From: Gracilinanus agilis | Taxonomy: Eukaryota | Assembly: GCF_016433145.1 (NCBI RefSeq) | Contig: NC_058132.1 | Span: 621,210,626-621,274,625 of the forward strand | DNA: 64,000 nucleotides | Reading direction: 5' to 3' | Shown here: positions 1 to 12,969 of the stretch, one piece after another | Layout: the number at the start of each line of letters is the position of its first letter | Numbering within the stretch: position 1 is the stretch's first letter | Translations under genes and position numbers: made by a program | Notes under the pieces: generated by a model | What the model saw: the letters and a program-made list of their open reading frames with translations, nothing else | What the model was told of the DNA's origin: nothing | Database searches by the model: none

Positions 1-200
1 TTGATCTTGAAGCTAGGAAGACCTGATCTCAAACCCCACCTCTGGCACATTAGCTTTGTGAATATTGCCAAGTTACTCAGATTCTCCAGATCTCAGTCCC
101 TTCATCTATAAAATGGGAATAATAATACCTGTAGTACCATCACAAAGTGGATATAAGGATCAGATTAGATAATGTGTTAAAGTGCTTTGGAAATTTTAAA
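1..200 (+). mobile_element. MIR/CORE-SINE fragment
   Basis: Degenerate CORE sequence (ctcagtcccttcatctataaaatgggaataataatacc) with MIR-like 3' end; boundaries approximate. Confidence 0.75.
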
Positions 201-1914
201 TGACAGTTGTTACCCCACAATTCCATTTAGAGGAGGTTCTGGCATAAGTTTGGGGCATTATTTAAGGGTCTTTTATGAAAGACTTACAATTAAGTCCATG
301 ATTCAGCCTGTCATCACAAACCCAAATGAAAACCAACAATATTTTCTTTAATTCTAATGTAGTTTAATAAAAATTTGTTATATGAGTAGGGATGGCAAAG
401 ATGGTTAATTGAATTGAATGAAGTCCTCAATGGTCAGAACTATTAATAGTGTGTTAGGAAATAGCCTATTAAAATATCTCTCTCTGTCCACTGGCCCTGT
501 TGTGAAGTAAATGACCAGAAGAATTATCTTTTTCCAACCTCAGACCTTGATCTAGTTCCTAATACCATGGAAACCCTCTTTGCCAGGGTGCCTAAGATTT
601 GGGTTGCCAGGCATCCAGCAACAGGATCCAAAACAAATATGCTCTCTTTTGTTCCATAAAGTCCTTTTGCTAGCTTATTAAATGAATTAGCATTGTGTGA
701 CTTTTGATTTAAGACCTTTTAAAGATGAAATATTCATACATGTACATATAAGCACATGTGTATCTCTCCAAATCTGTGTATAGATATGTATGTTATATGT
801 ATACATATTTATAAGATCTCCATTTTTTATCACCATATCTCTCCATTAAGATTGTGTCCTGATGCCCCATTTTGTCAAGTAAATGACCCTGGGTTTTTGA
901 AGTGAAAACAAGGAAACCAAAAGCTAAAAAAGCTTTAGTTACAGAGTTATCAACAAAAAATATACCAATCAACTGAGGACAGGCATCTATCTAACTTTAA
1001 AGAATTTATTATCAGAAGGTTTGTCAAGAAGTAATGGTTTCATTTCTTTGTTTCTTAGTGAGTTTTTTTTTTTGCCAAAACAATATATAAGACGATTTAT
1101 TAAGGTGTGGTTAGAATGAGACCTACATTGGTGGATGGCTACATATTGGTGGATATTTTGAAATATTGCTGAAATTACCTCACAAAACTCTTCCATCAGG
1201 GTTACTGCACACTAATCTAGATGAGCCACTTGCCCCAGATAACATCCCACACTAACCTCTAACATAGTTTCAATTATCTCTGTACAGTCTCCATTTTGAA
1301 ATTTTTCCCATCCTTCCAAACTCATTTCGAATTCCATTTTTCTTCATGAAACCTTCTCAGATCATCCCAGTTGGTAATCATTTTTATTTCCTCAGCACTT
1401 TAATTATACTTCACTCATGCACTGGCGTACTCTATCTGAATGGGAGTGGACTTATGATTTCATTAGTATAAGGTGCTCTCAGATGAGAAAATTCCCTATT
1501 CCAATAGAGGCCAGTGATTTATCTAAAATTTATAATCTTACAGAATTGCCTAGAAGATCGTTGGGTAAAAGATCAAGTTGGAGTTGGGATGGCCAAAGCT
1601 TCATAGGAGGACATCAGATAGAACTATTGGAGGTTCTTGGATAATGGTTTGATAAACAGATAGCACTTTAATTAGAGGAGTGCTTTGCCCTGGCTATATT
1701 ATTTAAGCCTCCCTTTCCCCAATAAATAGATGTTTTTTCTTCTGTGGATTCAAAACAATTTGATTTCTTAACATTGCAACAAATTCACAAGACACTAACA
1801 GGCTATGCTTATGCTGGGAACAGATTTTGAAGGCTTTTTTAGAGTAAGGAAGGCAAAGAAACTTACAAAGATCTAAGGAAAAGTCAGAGAAAATCAGAGA
1901 TGGATAACTACTTC

Positions 1915-1949
1915 ATATATATGTATGAATATATGTGTTTGTGTGTATA

Positions 1950-1984
<35 letters not shown>

Positions 1985-1998
1985 ATGTATATATATAC
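1915..1998. repeat. (TATATG)n/(TA)n microsatellite
   Basis: Direct reading: repeated atatgt units. Confidence 0.9.
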
Positions 1999-2044
1999 CT
2001 TATGCTGTGAGCGCCAAACAAGTGAGTGCTAGGATAAATAGCAC

Positions 2045-2250
2045 CTTGTCATTTGCATGCATTTCTGCAGACTGATTTTGCCCTTCAGGTTGGCAATGTT
2101 GGGAGTTAGTGGAGGACTAGGAAACTGTGGCTTTGGGAGGCTTTTTAATTTATTCCTAAAGCTGTCAAACTTTGGAAGATTCTTCAGAAAACTAGGTGGT
2201 CTGGGCTTCTTTAAGAATATGGGCTCATTCAGATCTATATTGGAGAAGGC
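2045..2250 (-). other. Candidate exon or open frame of unknown identity (not a confident CDS)
   Basis: Minus strand ttttcag|GCC...ACAAG|gtgcta. Open frame AFSNIDLNEPIFLKKPRPPSFLKNLPKFDSFRNKLKSLPKPQFPSPPLTP in non-repetitive DNA. Donor is weak and I recognise no homologue. Confidence 0.15.
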
Positions 2251-3216
2251 CTGAAAATACCAGATTGAATAAGCCTTTCTCTGGAAGGACCCTAAACTTC
2301 TTGAATAGCCCAAGAGCTGGTTCATCTTTCTTGAAAGTGTCTGAGATTCTGGGCCTGGGCTTGATATAGACTTGCATGAACAACTCCACAGTAGAACTCC
2401 ATTCCCTTGGGACTCATGCACATCCATTTATTGCCTTAGAATCAAACAGACCTCCCACGGAGGATAATGAGCTTTTATTTGATCCCAGATTTATCAAATG
2501 GAGACATATCCACATGCAAAAAAACACTTCCATTCAGAACTGTCTACCTCTCATGCAGAGTTTCTCATTTCCTTCCTAGTAGAGTTTTGTAAAGACTTTC
2601 TGGAAAACATAAGCTCGAAGATTAGAGAAATCTACTCCCATTTCAAACTCCATATCTAGGTGCCATATCTTGGGTACTTTGGGATGAACTACTGAAATCA
2701 CAGACAGCTACCTGATTTCAGCTGGAAAATGCCCACTTCAACATTCACTGAAAATTTAGGACTGCACTGGGCACTAATCAAATGATCTGGGGTTGTATAA
2801 CACCATGACTCATCATTCAATGATTCCATTCTCAGAGCTGTTGGCAATGTGGGAATTTAAGCAGGCATTTGCTTACCATAGATAGCTAATGATAGGAAAA
2901 GAATTTGAAAACAAAAACTGAAAGTTGATAGAAATGGGTAATAACCATAATGCTTGGTAATCAAGGATAATGAAGAGTTCCCAGGGACTATATTGTCAAT
3001 ATGCTTATTGGTAAAGCTCATTTTTCTGTGTGACTCTTCTTAAAAGACTCCACCAAGTGTATTAGAGAAGTCATAGCTCTCTATATCCCATTACATGATA
3101 ATTTGATATAAAAGGGATTTGGATGAAATCACATGGGAGAAATTTGAGGGATATATCATATATCATATATCCCTTGTAAAACCAAAATTCCTTTTAATAA
3201 TAAATAAAACATTCAT

Positions 3217-3362
3217 ATAGTGCTTACTATGTGCCAAACACTATGCCAGGGGCTTTATAATTTTATTTTATAATTTTACAATATGATTTCACTTGAAACT
3301 CATAAAAACCCTGAGAGGTAGGTGCTATTTTTATCCCCATCTTACAGATGAAGAAACTGAGC
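3217..3362 (-). mobile_element. MIR fragment
   Basis: cttactatgtgcc...cccatcttacagatgaagaaactgag, reverse CORE. Confidence 0.75.
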
Positions 3363-3733
3363 CAAATGGTATCTATTTGTGTCTATTCAACTGAAGTTGT
3401 CCAGATTCCAAGAATATAGAAGGTGGCACCTACTTGCCTTTTCTACAAGTTTAATGTTTTCGTAAGAGTTCTGTATTTTTTAATGAATTGATTTGTAGTA
3501 ATGAAGTAGATTCCCATGAATTAAACAATTATACTGATCTCTCACATATTTTTGTGGGGAGAAAAACCCACCATTTTTCCCTAGAAAGTATGGAGATTCA
3601 GTACCTTCTTCTGAAGGCTCTGAAATTATTCTCATGCAATGAATCCAAATCATCCTCACACAGTTACTGTCAAAGAGTCACTATCAAATAAAATAATCAT
3701 ATTAAGTTAAATTTATTTGGTTTTATTGGGGTG

Positions 3734-3839
3734 GAAAGAAGGAAGGAAGGAAGGAAGGAAGGAAGGAAGGAAGGAAGGAAGGAGAGTAGTTGGAAAGAAG
3801 GTAGTTGGAAGAAAGGAAGGGAGGAAGGAGAGTAGTTGG
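3734..3839. repeat. (GGAA)n microsatellite grading into a gtagttggaa-containing purine repeat
   Basis: Direct reading; runs into the gap. Confidence 0.9.
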
Positions 3840-4255
3840 NNNNNNNNNNNNNNNNNNNNNNNNNNNNNNNNNNNNNNNNNNNNNNNNNNNNNNNNNNNNN
3901 NNNNNNNNNNNNNNNNNNNNNNNNNNNNNNNNNNNNNNNNNNNNNNNNNNNNNNNNNNNNNNNNNNNNNNNNNNNNNNNNNNNNNNNNNNNNNNNNNNNN
4001 NNNNNNNNNNNNNNNNNNNNNNNNNNNNNNNNNNNNNNNNNNNNNNNNNNNNNNNNNNNNNNNNNNNNNNNNNNNNNNNNNNNNNNNNNNNNNNNNNNNN
4101 NNNNNNNNNNNNNNNNNNNNNNNNNNNNNNNNNNNNNNNNNNNNNNNNNNNNNNNNNNNNNNNNNNNNNNNNNNNNNNNNNNNNNNNNNNNNNNNNNNNN
4201 NNNNNNNNNNNNNNNNNNNNNNNNNNNNNNNNNNNNNNNNNNNNNNNNNNNNNNN
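3840..4255. other. Assembly gap (416 N)
   Basis: N run. Confidence 0.99.
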
Positions 4256-6639
4256 GACAATAGAATCAAGATTGATACAGAATCTTATATTGCATTCTGT
4301 TCATTTTTTATTGTCCTTAAAACCCTTAACTTCTAACTCTTGCTCTCAATACCTCTCCTCAGCTTTTAGGAACACTCAGTCCCAGTTTAGATTACTGAGC
4401 TGCTAATTTGGTGCTTCATTTCTCTCATACATCAATAGATGGAGGTGTTTTCAGAAACTTGGACAGTTACCTTTTGCTTAAAGATTACCGTGTGATACTG
4501 TGAAGCCACAGTGGCAACATTTTAATAACAAATCAAAAACAGAATCAAATTCCACTAGTAGCACTAGAGAAAAGAATACAGCTTTGTGTATTACAGAGCC
4601 AATTCTGTTGTGTAAGAACACCATCTGTTTTCTGTTCATCTCTATGAAGCTTTTCATGCCAGGCTTTAAAAAGTTAATTGCTTTAAAATAAATTGTTTTC
4701 TGACCAGTATGAGTCTTTTAAGAAATGAGATAAAGAAACATTAATATTCGATTAACTGTTCTATTCCAAAGCAGAGGTGTCATTGTAAAAAGGAACAAGT
4801 TGCCTCCATTTCCTCGGTGTGCATCAGCTAGATTCTCTGTCAATTAAGTAAAGTTGTTTCAGGAAAACTACTGAGTCTTCCAAACCACTAGGACTAGCAG
4901 CTCACAAATTACTGCTTTATAAATGGTTTTGTTCCTTGTCACATGAGTGATATGCTGCCTACCAGTGCTAGCAGGAGATAGTTGGAATGTCAGTCAGGCA
5001 CATGTTGAGTCAAGAGTACTTTTGTCACATCCACTTTAATATACAATTACAGACCGTGGTAGATCCAGTGACTATAGCCTTGACAAGAAGCCCAAGGTAT
5101 TTTGGATCAAATTCAAGAATTTTAGATTGCTCTGGGTCAAATTCTTGGCATCCTGTCTATTCTAACCTACTCAGTATGGCTCCAGTTCCATTTTTGCCAC
5201 TTACTACTCAGATTACCTTGGACAAGCATTTTAACCTTTCTGGGCTTCTGTTTCCTGAGCCATGAAGTAAGGGGGTAAAATTAGACAATGTCCAAGGTCC
5301 CTCCAATGTATAAAACTGATGTTTATTAGGCTTGAGAGTCAGATTTATCATTGAAAACAGGATCAAAGTATTGTAAATTTAAAGCTGGAAGGAACCATAA
5401 GCATCAAGTCCACCCTTTTAATTTTATAGATTAGGAAACTGAGGTCAAGGTAAATTAATTTAGATAAAAGCATTAAAAAGCCTAGGTGGTATTCAATCCC
5501 TGATCTCATTTCAAATCCAATGTTCTTCCCATTGCAACAAAAACTATTTTTTTTTCCTTTCATGATCAATGTCTTCATATGTCAAATGTACAAAATAGTA
5601 TCTTCCTAGAGATCATCCAAATGTTTCAAAAGATTTAATATGCCATGTAAATGCAAGATGACAGTATTATTATTCTAACAACCTGACTCCACAATGCTGA
5701 GAATTTTGGCACTAAGTGCCTTTATTGCTTTATCTAGATTCGGTATAGGATGTTCTGGATATTAAATATCTCAGACCACACTCCCAGGTCCCATCAATAC
5801 AACATTTTCTATTTATAAGGTATACCAGTCACAAATCCAATAGCAAAATATTTTTTGCACACAAAATAATGTAAATACCAACACCAAAGTATAGAATCAC
5901 TGACTGTTCCCATATACATAGGTTCACTCCTTTTATAGGGTCCAAGAAGGTCTTATTTAGTCTCTCCTTAATCCTTATTAATCAGTACCTCCAATATAGT
6001 GAAAGGACAGAATTGGTTTATGAGCCAATTCCATCTTCTTCACGGATGCATCCTAAGGATGCCTCTCAGGGCAGAATAGAATAAAATGGAGCATCTCTGC
6101 TTGCCTTTGGGTATATCAATTTTTTTATGGAATTTCTGAATTTAGGTTTATCATGGAGGTCATACTCAACATGTTTCCTTTCCATCTCTCCATTCCAGCC
6201 ATAAACTGTAGCTTGCCTTTCTGCCTCCATCTGGAAGCCCCATTTGTTATTTCCATATTAGTGACCATGAAGTTTAGATAAATCCTTCTCTTCTTCCTCC
6301 AAATTCACACTTCTTATTGTAATCCCTATAAGCAGACACAAGCTCCCACAGGAGATCACAGTGCTGGAGTTTTTTTTTTTTTTTCCAATGAACGTAGATC
6401 CCTTGCCTCATCATTGAAGCTATTCAAAGCTGTTATGGAGAATCTCCATTAAGGGCAAAGGCAATCCCATCCTTAATTACATCTTCGTTATTTACTTTCT
6501 TGATTTCCCATTACATATCATCCATCACAGATAATTGACACCATGCCGTTTTTGAAACCTTGATGTTGTCTTTGGCTCTTCTTTCTTCTTCAAGTAATAT
6601 CAACTTAGGAGCTTTGGAATATGCCAATGTTTTATCTAT

Positions 6640-7060
6640 ACCTATAACCTTTTTCCTCTTTCCATTTCTACTCCCACTGTCAACACCTTATTATATATAC
6701 ATCTTTATTACTAACAACCTGGATTACTGTTCATATAACTTCCCACTAGTCCTTCCTTCATCTACTCTTTCCTCACTTCCATCTCTTCCCCCTTCAACCC
6801 TTCATTCATACTATTGACCAGTTAATATTCTTTATACATATTTCCCATCAAGTCACTCTGATCAAAAGCTGTCTCTGAATAAAGTTCAGAGTTCTTTACT
6901 CAGTCTTCAAGGTCTTCCCTCCCTAATCAGACACTATGTATTCTCTGTTCCATTCAAGGAGGACCAGTAGCAAATAAAGTGCCCCCTCACTTGTCCTACC
7001 TGTATGATTTTGTTCAGGTTTTTCTCTGCCTGGAATCTTTCCCTTTCCCTGTTCTCCACT
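6640..7060 (+). mobile_element. L2 LINE 3' fragment
   Basis: Pyrimidine-rich L2-like motifs (cctggattactg, tctctgcctggaatc); highly decayed. Confidence 0.6.
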
Positions 7061-7297
7061 CACAAGTGTAAATTGTATCATACTTTTTCCATTTTTTGGT
7101 TAATTTTGCTAAATTAGTTTTCCTCTTTTCTATCCTTTTGCAGGAAGAAATATCTAAAAACAAAAGATATCAATAAAACTTATTTTTTTAAATCACTAAT
7201 CAAATATGTCTAACCCTGGCAAGATCTGATTAAGTGTTGTATGACTGCTCATCCCTGGGTGGTCAGGTGATTCTGAGCATTGGGTAGCTTTGTAGTC

Positions 7298-7507
7298 TTT
7301 TTTTTAAAAAAAAAAAAACCTAACCTTCCTCATTAGAATCAATACTGTGTATTGGTCCCAAGGCAGAAGAGCCACAAGGGCTAGGCAATAGGGTTTAAGT
7401 ATCTTGGCCAGGGTCACACAGCTAGGAAGTGTCTGGGGTCAGATTTCAACCTAGGACCTCCCATCTCTAAACTGACTCTTAATCCACTGAACTATCCAGC
7501 TTCCCCC
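7298..7507 (-). mobile_element. Opossum-type tRNA-derived SINE (SINE-1_MD-like)
   Basis: Reverse complement of ggcagctgg...ggtcctaggtt...gaccctgg...ttgcctagccctt...ccaatacacagtattgattctaa with tail. Confidence 0.9.
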
Positions 7508-7812
7508 TGGGTAGTTTTTTAAATAGATTTTGAGGTTGTTGTTGTTTTTAAGTATAAATGAACCTCACCTTAGTGAGTTATTAAGAAGGTAAAATGGTTA
7601 AGTTGGGAGTTGAAAATCAGTCTATTCAACAAGTTTATAGAAGTTCAAGTGAGAGTGACCATTCACAATTACTTTGAAAACAGTGAATTCCATAAAATCA
7701 TTTTACATGATAAAGGATAGAAGCAAGGCACATAAGTTTTTCAATTTTTTTAGTTTATTATAGCAAAGTATATTTCTGGTGGCTATGAGAAGTATTTAAA
7801 ATAATTTCCATG

Positions 7813-8561
7813 ACTATGTGCAAAGGACTTTAAAAGACTGTCTGCCCTTTGATCCAGCCATACCACTACCGGGTTTATACCCCAAAAAGATCATAAGGGA
7901 AAAGACTTGTACAAAAATATTTATAGCCACACTCCTTGTGGTGACAAAAAAAAAAAAAAAGGAAAATGAGGAGATGCCCTTCAATTGAGGAATGGCTGAA
8001 CAAATTGTGGTATCTGTTGGTAATAGAATACTATTGTGCTCAAAGAAATAATGAACTGGAGGAATTCCACATGAACTGGAACAACTTCCAGGAATCGATG
8101 AAGAGGGAAAGGAATAGAACCAGGAGAACATTATACACAGAGACAGATACACTGTGGCACAATCAAATGTAATGGACATCTCTACTAGCAGCAATGCAAT
8201 TATCCAGGACAATTCTGAGGGACTTATGAGAAAGAATTCTATCCACATCCAGAGAAAAAACTGTGGGAGTGGAAACACAGAAGAAAAACAACTGCTTGAT
8301 CACATGGGTTGATGGTGATATGATTGGGGATGTAGGCTTTAAATGATTACCCTAGTCTAAATATTAACAATATGGAAATATTGATCAATGACACATGTAA
8401 AACTTAGTGGAATTGCTCATTGGCTATGGGAGGGGGGTAGCAGGAGGGGAGGGAAAGAACATGATTCATGTAACCATGGAAAAATATTCTAAATCAATCA
8501 ATCAATTAATTAATTAATTAAATTCTTTAAAAGTAACTAAAAATGAAATTAAATAATAAAA
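7813..8561 (+). mobile_element. 5'-truncated L1 (ORF2 end plus 3'UTR) with 16-bp TSD
   Basis: ctgccctttgatccagccataccact...gaatggctgaacaaattgtgg is an L1 3' end. TSD taaaataatttccatg at 7797-7812 and 8562-8577. Explains ORFs 7814..8278 and 7966..8172. Confidence 0.95.
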
Positions 8562-8876
8562 TAAAATAATTTCCATGGTCATAAGAAATTTTTAAGATTT
8601 AAAACTCATAATTTAGTAACTATAGCATCTTACCAGTTAGAAATGCTAGGAAATTTGCATTGGTACCTTTACATAGGAAGGACATTCCTTCCCAGTTTCC
8701 ATATGTAATAATAATTGGCAGAAAAGAAATGGACTTGCAATGATATAAATTAATTTTGTAATAAATATGCAGAGACAACAAAGACAAAATCAGCCAACCC
8801 CCAAAAATCTTGCCTCAATACTAGGGGGTAAATAAAATGCTAATCCATCCACATCTACTCAACACACATGCACACC

Positions 8877-8880
<4 letters not shown>

Positions 8881-8925
<45 letters not shown>

Positions 8926-8931
8926 AGAGAG
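8881..8931. repeat. (CA)n(GA)n microsatellite
   Basis: Direct reading. Confidence 0.97.
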
Positions 8932-11210
8932 GAATGAGAAAAGAAAGACACCAGCAGAACTATTTTTTTAAGGAGAAGCTGACAAGAGTATCATAAATAC
9001 AAACTTTAGTCAAATTGATCCCTCACCACTAGTCCAGGAGAATCATTTGTTCAGTCTCAAATTAAATCCAAATAGTATTTGTTAATTTTTATTACCAGAA
9101 GGCTAGACACCAAGTGATTAATTATTTTGGCCATAATGACCCAAGAAATCGTCCTCAATTTTATAGTGTAGTCCCTCGGTACCTTTCTTTCCATACTGAC
9201 TGTGATGAAAGCAAAAAAAAATGACAAAAATCATAAAATCTTCAGAATGTATATAAACATTAAATGTTGGTAGTCTTAATTTATAATCCATATCCAGTAC
9301 TCATTGAGCAATAGGTGGTTTTGTGAGTAGAACACTGTATTTGGAGTCAGTAAAGCCTAAGCCTCAGTCCTGCTTCAGATACTTGCTGGTCATATGACCT
9401 TGCTTAATTCCCTTTAGGCTCCCAATTTTATCATAAATGAGAGGTTTAGGCTATATGTATGGTTTCTAAGGTCCTTCAATCTCTAACCTTCATATTGGCA
9501 ATCTCCATTACACATGGAACCTGAAGAGTGAGATATTTTAGCTAAATTTAAGGGTGGTTTCCAGGTTCCCCAAGAAGTAATAAAAGAGTTGGCAGAGTAG
9601 GTTTCATCTTGTCTCCCAAAGGTAACAAGAAGTATCATTTCATGGCCCACGTGTGTTAGGATTGGCCTATTACTAGACTAGCCAGGTCATAGCTGACAGA
9701 AGGGACTACATATTTGACCACCTATGCACTAGGAAATTCTTATGGACCTAGTACTGGTTGTGTAAGCTAAATTTAGTCAAGGACTACAGGTTTCTACTAA
9801 TCATAGCCAATTTAGCAAACCTCACCAAACCCACTTCCTAATCCCAATGTCCTTGTTAATAAAAGTGAAGGATAGCATAGCTTCTACGACAAGATCTACC
9901 TTGAATGACTACCCCTAAGGTAACATCAATTGTAAGCTCTCTATGAGAGCAAGCATCCTACTATATATCCACGCTCCCTGTGTTTGCCCATGAGATTGTA
10001 GAGCTTGGGGATGGCATACTTGCAAGTCCATGAGCACTAAAGTTCCTCACTCATAATCTTTTGACCATTTCTATTACTTCTCAGTACCACACCCACAATC
10101 TCCTCACAACCTGGTCATGTCACCTAGAAGTAGTCACAATACATATAGATAAATGGATCACGATATTGATAATTGCAGCCTAAGCACTAACGGGTGGCTA
10201 TGGTAGAGAAATTCTATAAAGGACCCGACAAAGTCAACCTACACTTTGATTGTCTATTAATTCCATAGAGAAGTAGGTTAAAAGAAGGATGGCCAAAAAT
10301 GATCTTGGAAAATATGATGATTCAGAATCAAAAATGTCATAGTTTTGATGAATCCTTATAAAATTTTTATCTTTCCATCACAAATATTTTCTTTGAGAAA
10401 AAGTCAGACAGTACTCGACATAAGTATGAGATAACATTTTAAAAAATGAACTTGAGTGATCAGGTTGGATTATTTTTTAAAGAAATATCAAAATACTTCC
10501 ACAATCCCAGGAGTTTGCTGTTACAAAAACCCATCTCTTTATTACCAACTCTTCTCGGTTGAAGCTCTATCTCTAGGAATCATAGGGCATTGTGATCTTG
10601 GACAAGCAGAATTATCATTAACAAAAAGGTAGTGGAAAAAACCATACTGGATATAAGTAAGGAGAAGTCTGTGAAATTAATCTGGACAACCCAATGACCA
10701 CAGCACATCCTGAATGGAAGATTAAGACCCAGAGAACCATAATGAGTCTCAGTGGAAATTTTATCTTCCTGATCATTTTCAAGGTCATTTCATTAACTTT
10801 GTAATTATGGCAAATCATAAAAAAGGAATTAATATCTGGTTTATCTTTCTTTCTGATTCAATTTGCAGAAGTTTAGTGACTTTAAAATATATCTTCTTCC
10901 CTCCACGATTAGCTCTTCAATATTTCCAAAATATATTTAAGTAGTCTTTCTAGTTCATATTTGTTCATTCACTAGTAAGTGACTATTTCATTAAGCTTTT
11001 TGGAACTTCATCCCAGAATTGCTTGTTCTTAAATCCTTCAGTTCTAAATGGAAAATTTAGTTTTGCTAATGCCAACAATTCTGACAGTTAATAAATTGAT
11101 GTTTTTCCAGGTGGGAACCTTTGACTCAATAGTCTAAGAACTTTGTTATAGAATTAACAATGTCTCCTCAAACTATCTAAGAATCACTTCCACCAAGAAA
11201 AAGATAACTG

Positions 11211-11412
11211 AGGGAGGCTGGGTAGCTCAGTGGATTGAGAGTCTGGCCTAGAGACAAATCTAGTTCAAATCTAGTCTCAGACACTTCCTAGCTGTGTCAC
11301 CCTGGGCAAGTCACTTGACCCCCATTGCTTAGTCCTTACCACTCTTCTGCCTCGGAACCAATACATGGTATTGATTCTAAGATGGAGGGTAAAAGTTTAA
11401 AAAAAATAAAAA
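11211..11412 (+). mobile_element. SINE-1_MD-like SINE
   Basis: gctgggtagctcagtggattgagag...gggcaagtcacttgacccccattgc...aaaa, with near-TSD aaaagataact/aaaggataact. Confidence 0.92.
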
Positions 11413-11674
11413 AGGATAACTACATGAGCTTGTTGGTAGAGTAGATAGGGAAGAGTGTTGGATTTGGAGCCAGAGATTTTCTTATCATCTCTCCAAGAAA
11501 GACCTGGCAGCCCCACTCATAGATATACACCTTGATTCACATTATGCTCACAAAGTCCCTAAAAATGTTTAATTGTTCTAATATTATAGCTAGAAAGTAC
11601 CTCCTGAAATGATACAGAGTGGAATTGTGATTTCATTGTTAAGTAGAGAGGAAGAGAATAAACATTTTTCTATA

Positions 11675-11890
11675 GCACCTACTATGTGCCAGACTGTGTT
11701 AAACCATACCACAATGGGAGGTAGGTAGTAGTATTATTCCAGTTTTATAGTTGAGAAAATGGAGACAAATTGAAGATAAGTGACTTTGCTCAGGGTCACA
11801 AAACTAGTTAATATAGGAGGTTAGATTTGAACTCTGGTCTTCCTGACTCTAAGTCCAAAACTTAACCTACTCTACCACCTAGTTACTTCT
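11675..11890 (-). mobile_element. MIR fragment
   Basis: gcacctactatgtgccag...gtgactttgctcagggtcaca...tttgaactctggtcttcctgactc. Confidence 0.8.
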
Positions 11891-11904
11891 TATAGTATAT
11901 GGTA

Positions 11905-12085
11905 TAGGGAACTCCCAAGTGAGGTAGCACCCTTCACCAATACATGGTGATGCCTTCTCTGCAATTTGCAGTATTACAGAGTTGCCTAGAGCACCAAGAA
12001 ATTAAACCATTTGCCCAAAATCATGTAGCCAGTGTGTAAGAGGCAGAACCTGAATCCAAGTCTTCCTGACTTCAAAGTCAGCTCT
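11905..12085 (-). mobile_element. MIR3-like CORE-SINE
   Basis: atagggaactcccaagtgagg...ttctctgcaa...gagttgcctagagc, typical MIR3 tail reversed. Confidence 0.75.
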
Positions 12086-12107
12086 TAATTCACTAAACAT
12101 AATAAAG

Positions 12108-12262
12108 GGGGGCTGCTAAGTAGCTAGGGCTGGAGTCGGGAGGAATTGGGTTCAGATTTGACCTCAGGCACTGCCTAACAGTGTGACCTTGGACAAGTCA
12201 TTTGACCTCATTTGGTTGTTCCTTTGTCTTAGAGTTGTTTCTAAGAGAAGTAAGGGTTTTTA
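12108..12262 (+). mobile_element. Older marsupial SINE
   Basis: ctggagtcgggagg...gtgtgaccttggacaagtcatttgacc...gtcttagagttgtttctaagagaagtaagggttt. Confidence 0.75.
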
Positions 12263-12349
12263 AATATATACATATATATTAAATTAAATATTCATTGAAA
12301 GTGAGAAACCATGAAATCTTTTTTGTACCAAGAACCAACACGAAGATTA

Positions 12350-12930
12350 AAAAAACGCATTTGCTTGTCAAGCTGTTTCATACTAGCCATAATAGCAACG
12401 AGTAGCTATTGGCTTCTATTTCCTGATTTCCACTTCATTCAGTAATAGGGACACTAATCTGTTAGTTTTACTAGGGGTGTGCAGGCGTGGTCTTTATTTC
12501 CCAACTTCCTTCCCTCTCCACTTTCAAGAAATGCATGCTGGGTATCCAACCACACACTGATTTCACGTCCTGTTCTCAGAGACGATCTATCTTGTAATGA
12601 CGAGTGGGGGGATGACATCTTCTGCCGGTCCGCTCCGGCTTTGTCTCAGAGCGAGGGGATGGGCAGGACTGGCTCGATGGGCCAGGCCGCAGACTCAGAC
12701 AGGGATTCCAAACCAGGTTACTTCCCAGGCGGCAATTTCCCAGAGAGGCCAGAAACATTTAGAAGTGGTTCGAGATTCTGACGTGAGGTTCGTCTCCGAG
12801 AGATGCCACGGTGCCTTTTTAATTTCCTGACATTTTCAGACATGGGAAAGAGTCAGGCTGATGAGTCACCAGTCCTAATAACGTTTCAAATCCTGTTTGC
12901 CTCGGCAGCTGCCGCTCTATTAGTCATTCA

Positions 12931-12969
<39 letters not shown>

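Noticed and set aside
3697-4406. Longest ORFs in the track (190-229 aa), and similar ORFs at 28466-28770, 31475-31981 and 35183-35502
   Set aside because: Artefacts of N gaps and microsatellites
5970-6340. Exon-like purine-rich minus-strand segment with AG and GT ends
   Set aside because: All three frames contain stops between the candidate splice sites
7814-8278. ORFs of 154 aa and 68 aa; likewise 55250-55498 and 60780-61457
   Set aside because: Sense and antisense translations of L1 ORF2 end and 3'UTR, not host genes
9540-10350. Unassigned, moderately GC-richer block, possibly an ERV or DNA-transposon remnant
   Set aside because: No terminal repeats, TSD or recognisable coding motif found; needs a Dfam search
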